Assembly: GCA_025656505.1 (NCBI GenBank)
Contig: JAHXHR010000003.1
Location: forward strand, 1,051 to 65,050
DNA length: 64,000 nt
Reading direction: 5' to 3'
DNA from: Candidatus Thiodiazotropha sp. (ex Epidulcina cf. delphinae)
GTDB lineage: Bacteria; Pseudomonadota; Gammaproteobacteria; Chromatiales; Chromatiaceae
The stretch's first letter is position 1. Each line of letters starts with the position of its first letter. A program made the position numbers and the translations under genes. The notes beneath the pieces were generated by a model, which saw only the letters and a list, made by a program, of their open reading frames with translations, had not been told where the DNA came from and made no database searches. This document shows positions 20,081 through 29,718 of this stretch, piece after piece.

Positions 20081-21385
20081 TCAAAAACCTTTTAACCGGA
20101 GCGTACTCTGGACCTGATTCCGCATCCTTGCCGGCACGCCTGCTTGTTCGGCAAATAGCTTCCAGCGAGAGACCGTTTCCAGCACCTCACCGACAATGGC
20201 CTTGGCCCGGCTGCGTTTCATCGAGGCCGCTTTGGCGCAAGCCTTGAAATCATCCATCGTAAATTCATCCCGTTTACCGTTCAGGGTCATCTGATGCGTT
20301 GCCGTCCAACTCCCTTCAGGATTGAAGCTATAGGTCATATCGAAAGCGGGTGACAGCGACCATTTCCCGGATTTATCCATCAGAAAGGCGATGTTCTTGA
20401 CATGGTCGTCCTGGTTGCGCGCAATGACATTAAATGCGATACGGCGAAATTGTTCCTCGATCGCCTGCATCGGCAAACCCAGTCGACGCATCACCAACAG
20501 TGCCTGTTCATAGCTATAGGCGCCCGCCATATTGAAGTCATAGTGCGCCAATGCGCACAGTGACTGCATATGCAGCTTTTCACCACCGCCGAGACGATCG
20601 AAGCGCCGGGTCATGAAATGGCGCCGGCCACCCTCCTCGAACAGCCGGCACGCATTGATAGCGATGCCACAATGCTTTGCCATCCGGTAGTAGGCGTATT
20701 CAATGACGCCGTAATCCTGCGGGTCGTCCAACTCCTTGTCCCGGTTCCCCCTTACTCCGTCAAATTTCAACAGCCAGTACTCAAAGCCCTCCCCTGCCGA
20801 CACCTGACCGGAGCGGACCTCATTGGTGAGCGGATTCCAGGCAATGGCCGCCTTTGCCCGGGCGCCGCCCGCCGATGTGCCGACCCGCAGGATATCGGTG
20901 AGCGCCTGCTCCTTATCGGTGTCGGCAAAGGATGCCTGCAATCGATTCCGGTGGCTAAGCACCCGTGACGCCAACTCAACCAGCTTGTCGATCGCTATTT
21001 GACTCGACTGCCCGGCCCTGGGACCGGTCACAGGCGCAAACTCCAGCGCCCCCATGCCCCTTCTGCCCGTATAACAGAGACGCTCCACGGCATTGAAACT
21101 GTGGCTCGACCTGCCTTGTGTGGCCAGCCAAGCATCGATCAAGGCATTCCCGAACCTGTCGGGCAACGCATCCGCCAATAGTCCCGGCAACCCGTGGAAG
21201 GTCTCACGGGATAGTTCGGGAAAGCTGTAGACACGATTCGACAACGGCATGGTAAGCGGGGCGATCTCGATACCGCTTTGGGCAAACGCCTGATCGTATT
21301 CAAACAGTGCCACATCATCACCATCACCCAACGACACCGCACCGATGGTCCGCCCCCATAGCCGGACCTCGGCAACCCTGCTCAT
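20081..21385 (-). CDS. hipA: type II toxin HipA-family Ser/Thr kinase
   Basis: 434 aa. HipA N-terminal coupling region RVAEVRLWGRTIGAVS. Catalytic loop IARNQDDHVKNIAFL. 4-nt overlap with hipB. Confidence 0.85.
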   Translation of the reverse strand: MSRVAEVRLWGRTIGAVSLGDGDDVALFEYDQAFAQSGIEIAPLTMPLSNRVYSFPELSRETFHGLPGLLADALPDRFGNALIDAWLATQGRSSHSFNAVERLCYTGRRGMGALEFAPVTGPRAGQSSQIAIDKLVELASRVLSHRNRLQASFADTDKEQALTDILRVGTSAGGARAKAAIAWNPLTNEVRSGQVSAGEGFEYWLLKFDGVRGNRDKELDDPQDYGVIEYAYYRMAKHCGIAINACRLFEEGGRRHFMTRRFDRLGGGEKLHMQSLCALAHYDFNMAGAYSYEQALLVMRRLGLPMQAIEEQFRRIAFNVIARNQDDHVKNIAFLMDKSGKWSLSPAFDMTYSFNPEGSWTATHQMTLNGKRDEFTMDDFKACAKAASMKRSRAKAIVGEVLETVSRWKLFAEQAGVPARMRNQVQSTLRLKGF

Positions 21386-21732
21386 CTCTCCTCACCCCAG
21401 CGCCATGGTTCATCGGCGTGCTTCTTTTGACGACGGGAGGATGCACGCCGGCGGACTTTACCCTTCCGCTTCAGCAGATCCATCGGTCTCTGCGATTGTT
21501 GCGGAATCATGCTATCCAGCCCCGGCAACAGCTCCAATACCCGCAGCACCCGGATCATGCTCGACATCTGCGCCGAAGCCCCTGCCTCGATCCGCTCCAC
21601 CGTCCGCTTGGCAATCCCCGCCTGCTCAGCCAACTCCGCCTGGGTCAACTGCAGATCGAGCCGGCGATGCAGGATACGCCGACCGATCTCCGCAAGCACC
21701 GCCTCATCCGTCGATAAATCAGCTATTTTCAT
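21382..21732 (-). CDS. hipB: HipB-like XRE-family antitoxin
   Basis: ATG at 21732. HTH LQLTQAELAEQAGIAKRTVERIEAG. Basic C-terminal tail. Confidence 0.8.
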   Translation of the reverse strand: MKIADLSTDEAVLAEIGRRILHRRLDLQLTQAELAEQAGIAKRTVERIEAGASAQMSSMIRVLRVLELLPGLDSMIPQQSQRPMDLLKRKGKVRRRASSRRQKKHADEPWRWGEER

Positions 21733-21878
21733 ATTCGCCAAATATAACGATTTAAGTATCAATAAACTATTTATATCGTCAATTATAGCGATTTTTGAAT
21801 ACCTATCTTTCTATATATCGCCAAAAACGGCGAATAAAGTAATATAAATATTATTTCTCGCCATTAATGTCGATTTGA

Positions 21879-22128
21879 CTAGCCCGCATTTCTCAGCAGG
21901 ATTTGGATTTTTGGCGCAACCAGGCCGAAGCAGGTTGGATGATCGGGCGCAGAAGCATAGCCGGGCCTATGGTTCAAGCCCGATCGTTCAAGAGGCTCGG
22001 CCTGGTTGTTCCAAAAACCAAATAGGACAGACTGTCCGATGAATGCCATACGGTGAGAGATGCTAACCTGTTCAACTTTCATAAGTTTTCCTGTTAGTAG
22101 GGTCCGTCTGGCGAGAAATGCGGGCTAG
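21879..22128. mobile_element. MITE-B copy 1 (250 bp, TIR CTAGCCCGCATTTCTC)
   Basis: About 96 percent identical by eye (roughly 10 mismatches) to 43037-43286 in inverted orientation. Both ends are CTAG. Confidence 0.9.
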
Positions 22129-22164
22129 TTACATTTACCATTTTGATTGAGCCGGAGAATAAGA

Positions 22165-22911
22165 TCAGCCACCACCTTTTTTCCTAAAGTGACGAAAAAG
22201 TCCATACCGCCAAGGGCGCATCGCCAAAACCACGCTCTTGCCATCTCGCTCCCGCAAAGGCAAAGCCGCATCGTCACTGGAGAGTTCATCGAATTCCCGG
22301 GCTAGATGCTCCATTTTGCGCTGAAATACGGCAACCGAACTCGCAGCCAACATGCCATTGAGGACGATAAGCCGCTCACTGGCCTGATCGAACTTGGAAC
22401 TAAAAAAGTCCGATTGCAGTTTCTGTAAAAAGAAGCGCTGGATGGGGCCGTTTTCCCGCCATTTAAAGCCGGGGGCCACCAATAGCTTGACCCGGTTTTT
22501 CGGCAATAACTCGATCATCTTCAGCCGATCCAGCCTGGCCAGGTGTTTTATACAACGCACTTCAGCGATAGCAAAGTAGTCGATGATCTCAGCCAGGGTC
22601 CAGCGATTTAGCGCACAGACAGCCACCAGCAGCAGTTCCAGGTCGGCGACGATCTCCTTTTCCTGCTCCAATGACAACCCTGAGATCGGCGCACAAGCAT
22701 CCTCATTCATCATCTGCACCAAGTCGGAGATTTCGATATCGATCATCTGACATATCTTATCCAGCCGCTGGAGGGAGAAACTCTTCTGCGAGAAGAGGCG
22801 CTTAACACTGGCTTCCGAGAGATTCAGCATGCGCGCCGTATCGGCATAGGTGAGGCCATGGGCCTTGAGCGCCTTCTTCAACGCCTCGATCAGTTGGGTG
22901 GTCTGAGTCAT
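22165..22911 (-). CDS. XRE-family HTH transcriptional regulator with uncharacterised C-terminal domain
   Basis: 248 aa. HTH LTYADTARMLNLSEASVKRLFSQ. Divergent from the lplT-aas fusion gene. Confidence 0.7.
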   Translation of the reverse strand: MTQTTQLIEALKKALKAHGLTYADTARMLNLSEASVKRLFSQKSFSLQRLDKICQMIDIEISDLVQMMNEDACAPISGLSLEQEKEIVADLELLLVAVCALNRWTLAEIIDYFAIAEVRCIKHLARLDRLKMIELLPKNRVKLLVAPGFKWRENGPIQRFFLQKLQSDFFSSKFDQASERLIVLNGMLAASSVAVFQRKMEHLAREFDELSSDDAALPLRERDGKSVVLAMRPWRYGLFRHFRKKGGG

Positions 22912-23106
22912 GATGTGGCCTCAACGAATTCTGATAGTGCTATTTATTAACCCGGCAGACTTGCCGGCAAAACAACGAAAACCTTAATAGGTATTATATT
23001 ATAATACGAAAAGATGTATATAATGAGACTCTTCCTATTATCGTAGTACGCATGGATACACGGGTCTAACCTAGCGTCCATATCAATTAGCACAGGCCAA
23101 TCAGTC

Positions 23107-26100
23107 ATGGATAAGCTGTTACGACTCACCGGGTTCATCCCGTTTATTCTGATTATCTTTCTCAATGCCTTCATCGATCTGGGCCACAAAATCCTGATCC
23201 AGAACACGGTATTCAAGATCTACGACGGCCAGACCCAGATCATGCTGACCGCAGTGGTGAACGGCCTTATCCTGCTACCCTTTGCGCTCCTCTTCACCCC
23301 GGCGGGCTTCCTCTCAGACAAATACCGCAAACCACGGGTGATGCAGGCCAGCGCCGGGGTGGCGCTTGGCCTGACCCTGCTGATCACCCTCTCTTACTAT
23401 CTTGGCTGGTTTCAGTTCTCCTTTGCCCTGACCTTTTTGCTGGCCGTGCAGAGCGCCTTCTATTCACCGGCAAAATATGGCTATATCAAAGAGCTTGTGG
23501 GCAGCAAGCGTCTGGCCACCGCCAACGCCACGGTACAGGCCGTCACCATCGTCGCCATCCTCTCCGGCATCTTTGTCTATTCCATGCTCTTCGAACAACG
23601 ATTGGCGATGGTCGACTTCAGCAGTGAACAGGAGATACTGCGGACGATTGCCCCTGTCGGCTGGGTATTGGTGGCCTGCGCCCTGGTCGAGTTACTGCTC
23701 ACCCTGCGGCTTCAACCGACATCGGCAGAGGCGCCCGAGATCCATTTTGACTGGCGGGCATACGGCGCCGGCCGCACCCTGAGAAACAACCTCGGCAAGT
23801 TGCAGAACAACCGGGTGATCTGGCTCTCGATTGTCGGACTCTCCGTATTTTGGGGAATATCCCAGGTGGTGCTGGCCACCTTCCCCGCCTTCGCCAAGGA
23901 GACAATGGGGCAGACCAACACCGTGATCATCCAGGGGATGATGGCCTGCTCCGGTATCGGCATCATCATCGGCTCCCTGATCGCCGGCAGGGCCTCCAGA
24001 CACTACATTGAAACCGGTCTGGTTCCCCTCGGCGCCCTGGGGATCGTCAGCGCATTGCTGTTCCTGCCTCAACTGAAATCCACCGAACTGTTGGTGATCG
24101 ATTTTCTGATCTTGGGCGTCTCCGGGGGGATGTTCATTGTGCCATTGAACTCACTGATTCAATTTCACGCCCGGGACAGGGAGTTAGGCACCATCCTGGC
24201 GGGTAACAACTGGGTTCAGAACCTGGTCATGCTCGGCTTCCTCGGCTTGACGGTGCTGTTTGCCATCCAGGGCATCGACAGCATCGGTCTGTTCCATCTA
24301 TTGACCCTGACCGCCCTGGTGGGTGCGCTCTATACCCTCTACCAACTACCCCAGTCACTGGTCCGCTATGTGATTGGCCGGTTGTTTGCCGGCACTCACC
24401 GGATTGAAGTCCTGGGATTTGAAAACCTGCCGGGACAGGGTGGTGTGCTGATGCTGGGCAACCATATCAGTTGGCTTGACTGGGCGATGATCCAGATCGC
24501 CTGCCCCCGTCCGGTTCGCTTCGTCATGCACCGAGAGATCTACCAACGCTGGTATCTGAGAGGGTTTCTGGATCTGTTCGGAGTGATTCCGATTGCCGGC
24601 GGGCAAAGCAAACAGGCCCTGGAGCAGATCAACCAACGGCTGCGGGATGGCGAGGTGGTCTGTCTGTTTCCAGAGGGCTCGATCAGCCGCAATGGGCAGC
24701 TTGGCGAGTTCAAGCATGGCTATGAGAAGGCCGTGAAGGACGTAGAGGGGGTGATCCTGCCCTTCTATCTGCGCGGACTTTGGGGCAGCCGCTTCTCCCG
24801 CTCCAGCGAGAAGCTGCGGCAGGAGCGTAACACCGGTCTGCGGGGCAACGTGATCGTCGCCTTCGGCAGACCACTACCCATGGAGACGCCCGTCCATGAG
24901 CTGAAAAGCCATGTCTTCGAACTCTCCACCGATGCCTGGGAGCAACACACCCGCACGCTGGATCCCATTCCTCTAGCCTGGTTACGTACCGCTAAACGAC
25001 GCGGCGGTGAACCCTGTCTGGCCGATGCCCAGGGTGACACGACCCTTTCGGGCTATAAAACGATGACCGGGGTGATCGCCTTCTCACGATTGATCGGGCA
25101 ACGCAGCCCGGAATCCAATATCGGTTTGCTGCTACCGACCAGCAGCGCCGGCGTGATCGCCAATATGGCCGCCCTGCTGCGGGGTAAGACGGTGGTCAAT
25201 CTGAACTACACCGCCACCCTGACTGCGCTCCAATCGGCTGTCAGGAAAGCGGATATCAAAACCATCTACACTTCTCGGCGCTTCCTCAAAAAGCTGCAAC
25301 AAAAAGGAATCGATCTCAGCGAACTGCTGACGCAAGTGACGGTGTTCCACCTCGAGGATTTGAAGGAGGATATCAGCGGCTTCAGCAAATTACTGATCAT
25401 GGCGTCCTCGATCCTCTTGCCGACCCGGTTGCTCTATACCCTGTTCGGCCGTTCGATCAATATCGAGCAACCGGCGGCGATCCTATTCTCCAGCGGCAGC
25501 GAAGGAGAACCCAAGGGCGTGGTGCTCAGCCACCGCAATATCATGGCCAATATCCGCCAGGTCTCCGATGTCCTCGACACCCGCCACGAGGATGTGGTGA
25601 TGGCGACACTGCCTCTGTTTCACGCCTTCGGTCTCACCGTGACCGGACTGATGCCGATGGTCGAAGGGATACCGGCTATCTGTCACCCCGATCCCACCGA
25701 CGCCCTGACCATCGCCAAGGCCATCGCCCGCCATCAGGCGACCGTCTTCTGCGGCACCTCCACCTTCCTGCGACTGTTCAACCGCAACCGGCGCATCCAC
25801 CCGTTGATGCTGCAATCCCTGCGGGTGGTGGTGGCCGGTGCTGAAAAGCTGAATCCCGAAGTCAGGGATAACTTCAAACTGAAATTCAATAAAGAGATCT
25901 ATGAGGGCTACGGCACCACCGAGACGACCCCTGTCGCCAGCGTCAATATCCCGGACAGAATCGACCCGAGAAACTGGCGGGTGCAGCAAGGCGGCAAACC
26001 GGGTACGGTAGGCATGCCTCTACCGGGAGGCAGTTTCCGCATCGTCGACCCGGAGACCCTGCAGACCCTACCGATCGGCGAGGACGGCCTGATCCTGTTC

Positions 26101-26553
26101 GGCGGCGCCCAGGTGATGTTGGGGTATTTGAACGACCCGAAAAAGACCGCCGCAGCCATCGTTGAACTGGCGGGCAAGCGCTGGTACAAGACCGGCGACA
26201 AGGGCCGTCTCGACGAGGACGGCTTCCTCACCATCGTCGACCGCTACTCACGCTTTGCCAAGATCGGCGGTGAAATGATCAGCCTCGGCGCCATCGAAGG
26301 GGCGATCAATAAACTTCTCCCGGAGGAGAGTGAGATCCTGACCACTGCCCTACCGGACGGTAAAAAAGGGGAAAAGGTAGTACTGCTTTTCGCCGGCAAC
26401 ATCGAGCGGGATCAACTGAAGCAACGCATCGAGCAATCCGCACTCAACCCGCTGATGAGACCCGCAGCACTGATCGAAGTCGACGCCATTCCCAAACTGG
26501 GCAGCGGCAAGAGTGACTTCAGCCGGGCCAAACAGATCGCATTAGAGGCATAG
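23107..26553 (+). CDS. aas: LplT-Aas fusion: MFS lysophospholipid transporter + PlsC-type acyltransferase + acyl-ACP synthetase
   Basis: 1148 aa. About 400 aa of polytopic MFS, then NHISWLDW (H-x4-D) and FPEGSISR. AMP-binding motifs ILFSSGSEGEPKGVVLSHRN, YEGYGTTET, YKTGDKGRLDEDG. Confidence 0.85.
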   Translation: MDKLLRLTGFIPFILIIFLNAFIDLGHKILIQNTVFKIYDGQTQIMLTAVVNGLILLPFALLFTPAGFLSDKYRKPRVMQASAGVALGLTLLITLSYYLGWFQFSFALTFLLAVQSAFYSPAKYGYIKELVGSKRLATANATVQAVTIVAILSGIFVYSMLFEQRLAMVDFSSEQEILRTIAPVGWVLVACALVELLLTLRLQPTSAEAPEIHFDWRAYGAGRTLRNNLGKLQNNRVIWLSIVGLSVFWGISQVVLATFPAFAKETMGQTNTVIIQGMMACSGIGIIIGSLIAGRASRHYIETGLVPLGALGIVSALLFLPQLKSTELLVIDFLILGVSGGMFIVPLNSLIQFHARDRELGTILAGNNWVQNLVMLGFLGLTVLFAIQGIDSIGLFHLLTLTALVGALYTLYQLPQSLVRYVIGRLFAGTHRIEVLGFENLPGQGGVLMLGNHISWLDWAMIQIACPRPVRFVMHREIYQRWYLRGFLDLFGVIPIAGGQSKQALEQINQRLRDGEVVCLFPEGSISRNGQLGEFKHGYEKAVKDVEGVILPFYLRGLWGSRFSRSSEKLRQERNTGLRGNVIVAFGRPLPMETPVHELKSHVFELSTDAWEQHTRTLDPIPLAWLRTAKRRGGEPCLADAQGDTTLSGYKTMTGVIAFSRLIGQRSPESNIGLLLPTSSAGVIANMAALLRGKTVVNLNYTATLTALQSAVRKADIKTIYTSRRFLKKLQQKGIDLSELLTQVTVFHLEDLKEDISGFSKLLIMASSILLPTRLLYTLFGRSINIEQPAAILFSSGSEGEPKGVVLSHRNIMANIRQVSDVLDTRHEDVVMATLPLFHAFGLTVTGLMPMVEGIPAICHPDPTDALTIAKAIARHQATVFCGTSTFLRLFNRNRRIHPLMLQSLRVVVAGAEKLNPEVRDNFKLKFNKEIYEGYGTTETTPVASVNIPDRIDPRNWRVQQGGKPGTVGMPLPGGSFRIVDPETLQTLPIGEDGLILFGGAQVMLGYLNDPKKTAAAIVELAGKRWYKTGDKGRLDEDGFLTIVDRYSRFAKIGGEMISLGAIEGAINKLLPEESEILTTALPDGKKGEKVVLLFAGNIERDQLKQRIEQSALNPLMRPAALIEVDAIPKLGSGKSDFSRAKQIALEA

Positions 26554-26573
26554 TGCGCAAGCTCTTGACCTGT

Positions 26574-26704
26574 TGTAGGGTGCGGCCCTGCCGCACCATA
26601 AGCGTATCGGATGAAACAAAAACAGAGTGAAGTCATTATGCGCTGTCTCAACGAAGTGTGGATCTGTGGGCAGAGAATTCGGTGCGGCAGGGTCGCACCC
26701 TACA
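26574..26704. repeat. REP-E pair: two inverted 24-nt units TGTAGGGTGCGRCCCTGCCGCACC flanking about 83 bp
   Basis: Arms 26574-26597 and 26681-26704 are reverse complements with one mismatch. Each arm is itself a hairpin (GGTGCGGC/GCCGCACC). Confidence 0.8.
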
Positions 26705-26799
26705 TGACTTTTTAAAAGTCTGTGTTGTTACAGCGTTTTACGGCGCATCCATGCACCACTTCTCCGGCATACGCCGGGATGACGAGGTATATCAGCAGT

Positions 26800-27798
26800 A
26801 TGAAGACGATCGATATCCATACCCATCTTCTCAGCCCCGAAGTCGCCTTCGACCGGCTGTTCGACAAGGTTGCGGTGCGCTTTTTCGCTAACAGCCTTGG
26901 CGCCGACCCGGCGCAATTAATGGCCAGGCCGTACCAGGCCTACATCGAAGCCATGGCCCAGGCCATCGCCGGATCCCGGTATGTCGAGAAGGCCTGTCTG
27001 TTCGGCGTGGATGCGCGCTTTGACGAGCAGGGAAAAGAGATCGACCGGGACAAGACGGTCTGCGCCATGAGCGATGACGTGCTGGCGGTGGCCAACAGCT
27101 ATCCCGACCGGTTCATCCCCTTCTTCTCCATCAATCCCCGGCGCCCCAATGCCCTGGAGTTGATCGACGAACAGGTTGAAAAAGGCAGCAGAGGGGCCAA
27201 GTTTCTGCAGAACTACTGGGGAGTCGATCTGAATGATGAGCGATTGATTCCGTATTATGAAAAGCTCAAACAACACAAGCTGCCGCTGATCGTGCATATC
27301 GGCAGCGAGTACAGCATCCACTCCTACCCCCGTTTCGAACGCATCGACATGCTCGACCTTCCCCTGGCGACCGGCATCACCGTCATCGCCGCGCACATGG
27401 GACTGGGACGGATCAATCACAAACTGCGTTTTTGGCGAAACCTGTCCAAAGATCCCCGCTATTTCGACGAAGACTATTTCCGGCTCCTGGCGATGCTGAA
27501 AGAGCACGACAATCTCTATGCCGACATATCGGCCATCACGGCCCCCCTGCGGGCCAGGGCGTTGCGCCATCTCTCCGAACAGAGGGATGTGCATGACAAG
27601 CTCCTTTTCGGCACCGATTATCCGGTTCCCTTTCCGATCCGATTCAACAGCTACGATCTACCCACCACCACCAGAAGACAGATCGGTCTGGTGGACAACC
27701 CCTTCGACCGCTATGTTGCCGTGATGCTGGAGTATTTTCCGCAAGACAATCCCATCTATAGGAATCACCAGAAAGTATTGCTGGGCGGAGAGTACTGA
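26800..27798 (+). CDS. metal-dependent amidohydrolase-family protein
   Basis: ORF trimmed to ATG 26800. MKTIDIHTHLL (H-x-H) start and TIM-barrel hydrolase-like pattern. Confidence 0.7.
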   Translation: MKTIDIHTHLLSPEVAFDRLFDKVAVRFFANSLGADPAQLMARPYQAYIEAMAQAIAGSRYVEKACLFGVDARFDEQGKEIDRDKTVCAMSDDVLAVANSYPDRFIPFFSINPRRPNALELIDEQVEKGSRGAKFLQNYWGVDLNDERLIPYYEKLKQHKLPLIVHIGSEYSIHSYPRFERIDMLDLPLATGITVIAAHMGLGRINHKLRFWRNLSKDPRYFDEDYFRLLAMLKEHDNLYADISAITAPLRARALRHLSEQRDVHDKLLFGTDYPVPFPIRFNSYDLPTTTRRQIGLVDNPFDRYVAVMLEYFPQDNPIYRNHQKVLLGGEY

Positions 27799-27858
27799 TC
27801 AATGCATGCTGGAGCGGTCGATAATGCCAATCAGAAACACAGCCTGACACAGGCGACA

Positions 27859-28305
27859 TCAAGCCGGCTGCATAACCAGCTTCGCCTCATTGGCTATTTC
27901 CACTGCAAGCATCTTTTGCTTGTCCTTCTCTGATGGCCAATTCACAATATTCGCGTGTAAAGGGTGTGGTGCAGTTTCCAGAACAATCTCCAGACCCGAT
28001 GCTGTGATCACTGCCGCTGCGGTATCTCCTCTCGCACGGAGAGTTCGTTTACTTGGCCCCGCCACATACTCCTGTCCTATATCCCAGATCTCTTTCTCAG
28101 AGAGGTTTGATATCCGATATACCGAAGCCTCACCATTTGGCGCAGGTAGATAAGCACCGTATTTCACAGTGTGGTTGGAGACGCTGAAATATCTTTTTGA
28201 AAGGATGTAGCGAGCGATCTGCTCACTGGACGCCACCTTATCCTGCTGCGGATTTTGGGCAGATCCTCGAAATATGGTCAATAAGCGCCTGAGGAATTGA
28301 ACCAT
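27859..28305 (-). CDS. cassette gene 4, hypothetical (125-148 aa)
   Basis: ATG 28305 has AGAGG 6 nt upstream but overlaps gene 3 by 68 nt. The alternative GTG 28236 sits 1 nt after the gene 3 stop with AGGA upstream. Motifs SVYRISNLSEKEIW, RARGD, HPLHANIVNWPSEKDKQKMLAVEIA. No family recognised. Confidence 0.6.
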   Translation of the reverse strand: MVQFLRRLLTIFRGSAQNPQQDKVASSEQIARYILSKRYFSVSNHTVKYGAYLPAPNGEASVYRISNLSEKEIWDIGQEYVAGPSKRTLRARGDTAAAVITASGLEIVLETAPHPLHANIVNWPSEKDKQKMLAVEIANEAKLVMQPA

Positions 28306-28747
28306 CGAACACCTCTGTTCCATGTGCCTTGTTACCCGTCCCCAGAAGACCGGCATAGGTTATACGATTTGTACCGTTTACACTCGCAGCAAGCACCCGG
28401 TTCTTTCCATAATTCCACTCAAACCCAATGTCGCCACTTGGTTCAGGCACAATTCCGGGTACTGGTAACCATGATGGTAATGCATTAAGAAATCGCACTG
28501 CCTCATCATATGTTGCCTGCGAAACCGGAAGCGCACCGTATCCATCCCAGTTATCTTCATAACATTCTTGATAGGTCTCTCTGAGTTCATCAAGCGTATC
28601 GCCGAGATAGCCCCATGTAACCGACTTACGCAGACGTATCAGCGAGTCTTCATATAATTTTTGAAGTTTCAGAGAGGCTTCACTCGATCCCGTACTATAG
28701 GCATGGACAGGGAAGGTGAATCGATCATGAATTGCAACTGCCGTCAT
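28238..28747 (-). CDS. cassette gene 3, hypothetical (169 aa)
   Basis: ATGA overlap with gene 2. Motif EDNWDGYGALPV...VPEPSGDIGFEW. No family recognised. Confidence 0.65.
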   Translation of the reverse strand: MTAVAIHDRFTFPVHAYSTGSSEASLKLQKLYEDSLIRLRKSVTWGYLGDTLDELRETYQECYEDNWDGYGALPVSQATYDEAVRFLNALPSWLPVPGIVPEPSGDIGFEWNYGKNRVLAASVNGTNRITYAGLLGTGNKAHGTEVFDGSIPQALIDHISRICPKSAAG

Positions 28748-29481
28748 TGGAAAAGCTCTGCTGCTTTCTCGGTTATACTCTCAAAAAACACCGTATTCTT
28801 GAAATTTCTCAATTGATCGAGACAACACCAAAACTCCTCATCCTGCGGATCAAATTGTTTTGTGATGAAGACCTCAATATCCAGCACAATCGGTGCATAA
28901 TTCCCATGCACACCTTCCAGAGCCTGCGTCAGGATACCACGGGATTCGATCGTTGGATCACTAATCTCTATCCGGGTCAGAAAACTGCTTAGCTCTTGGT
29001 TCAGCCCTTCCGGGATGGTTGGCGGTGCCGTCAGATACTCTTCGAGTTCCGTATTTAAAGGAAGTTTCAATACATTTATATACCGTGCGCCTACACGCGT
29101 AATCGGATCAGGCGAAACTGAAGCAGCATAGACCTCCCATAAGCGAACTGCCTCCTCTTTCATCTCATCCCAACTCCCGTAGGGCTCTAACTGGCTGAAC
29201 GTGAACCCATCCACCCGGAACTGGGCGACACGGCGCCGGTCTTCAGAAGTATATCGATAACCGACCATACTTTGACCTATGGTGACCTTGGTCGGTTGAC
29301 CCTCATCACTGTGTAATCCGAATTCCCCACGTTGCAGAGTTTCATGCTTCGGATACTGACCGGCAATCTGCGCATACTTCGAATTCAACGTTTCCGTTGT
29401 AACCTTCTCAGGCAAGGCAACCTGAATATCGATCAGCGCTTCCTTAATGGGTGCATGTGATAGATGCCTCTTTTCAATCAT
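28744..29481 (-). CDS. cassette gene 2, hypothetical (245 aa, TIGR04255-like?)
   Basis: ATGA overlap with gene 1. The N-terminus ...HAPIKEALIDIQV and the length recall the sporadically distributed TIGR04255 family. This is memory-based and unverified. Confidence 0.65.
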   Translation of the reverse strand: MIEKRHLSHAPIKEALIDIQVALPEKVTTETLNSKYAQIAGQYPKHETLQRGEFGLHSDEGQPTKVTIGQSMVGYRYTSEDRRRVAQFRVDGFTFSQLEPYGSWDEMKEEAVRLWEVYAASVSPDPITRVGARYINVLKLPLNTELEEYLTAPPTIPEGLNQELSSFLTRIEISDPTIESRGILTQALEGVHGNYAPIVLDIEVFITKQFDPQDEEFWCCLDQLRNFKNTVFFESITEKAAELFQ

Positions 29482-29696
29482 TGATTTTTCCCATCGATTG
29501 CTTTTCGCAAGCTAATGCCATTATTGCGTAATTGCTCCTGGTTTTCCCAGATCCAGGTACGAATCACCCAGGAACACACCTCCGCCTTCGTGGCGCCGTG
29601 AATTCCGACGCCAACCATGTCAGCCAGGAGCCGGTCTGTGGTTTCGTCCACCGTCAGTTGAAGCTTAACTGTATTTACACTATTGCGACGAGCCAC
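29478..29696 (-). CDS. cassette gene 1, ribbon-helix-helix-like small regulator/antitoxin candidate (72 aa)
   Basis: GTG start at 29696. Beta-alpha-alpha pattern VKLQLTVDE / TTDRLLADMV / ATKAEVCSWVIRTWIWE. Palindromic sites lie directly upstream. Confidence 0.55.
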   Translation of the reverse strand: MARRNSVNTVKLQLTVDETTDRLLADMVGVGIHGATKAEVCSWVIRTWIWENQEQLRNNGISLRKAIDGKNQ

Positions 29697-29718
29697 AACA
29701 ACCCCACTATCCGCCCAT

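Noticed and set aside
20079-20083. Apparent translational coupling TGATG between the hipA stop and a tamA ATG
   Set aside because: The TamA signal peptide and its alignment with E. coli TamA begin at ATG 19988. The upstream 31 codons are probably not translated.
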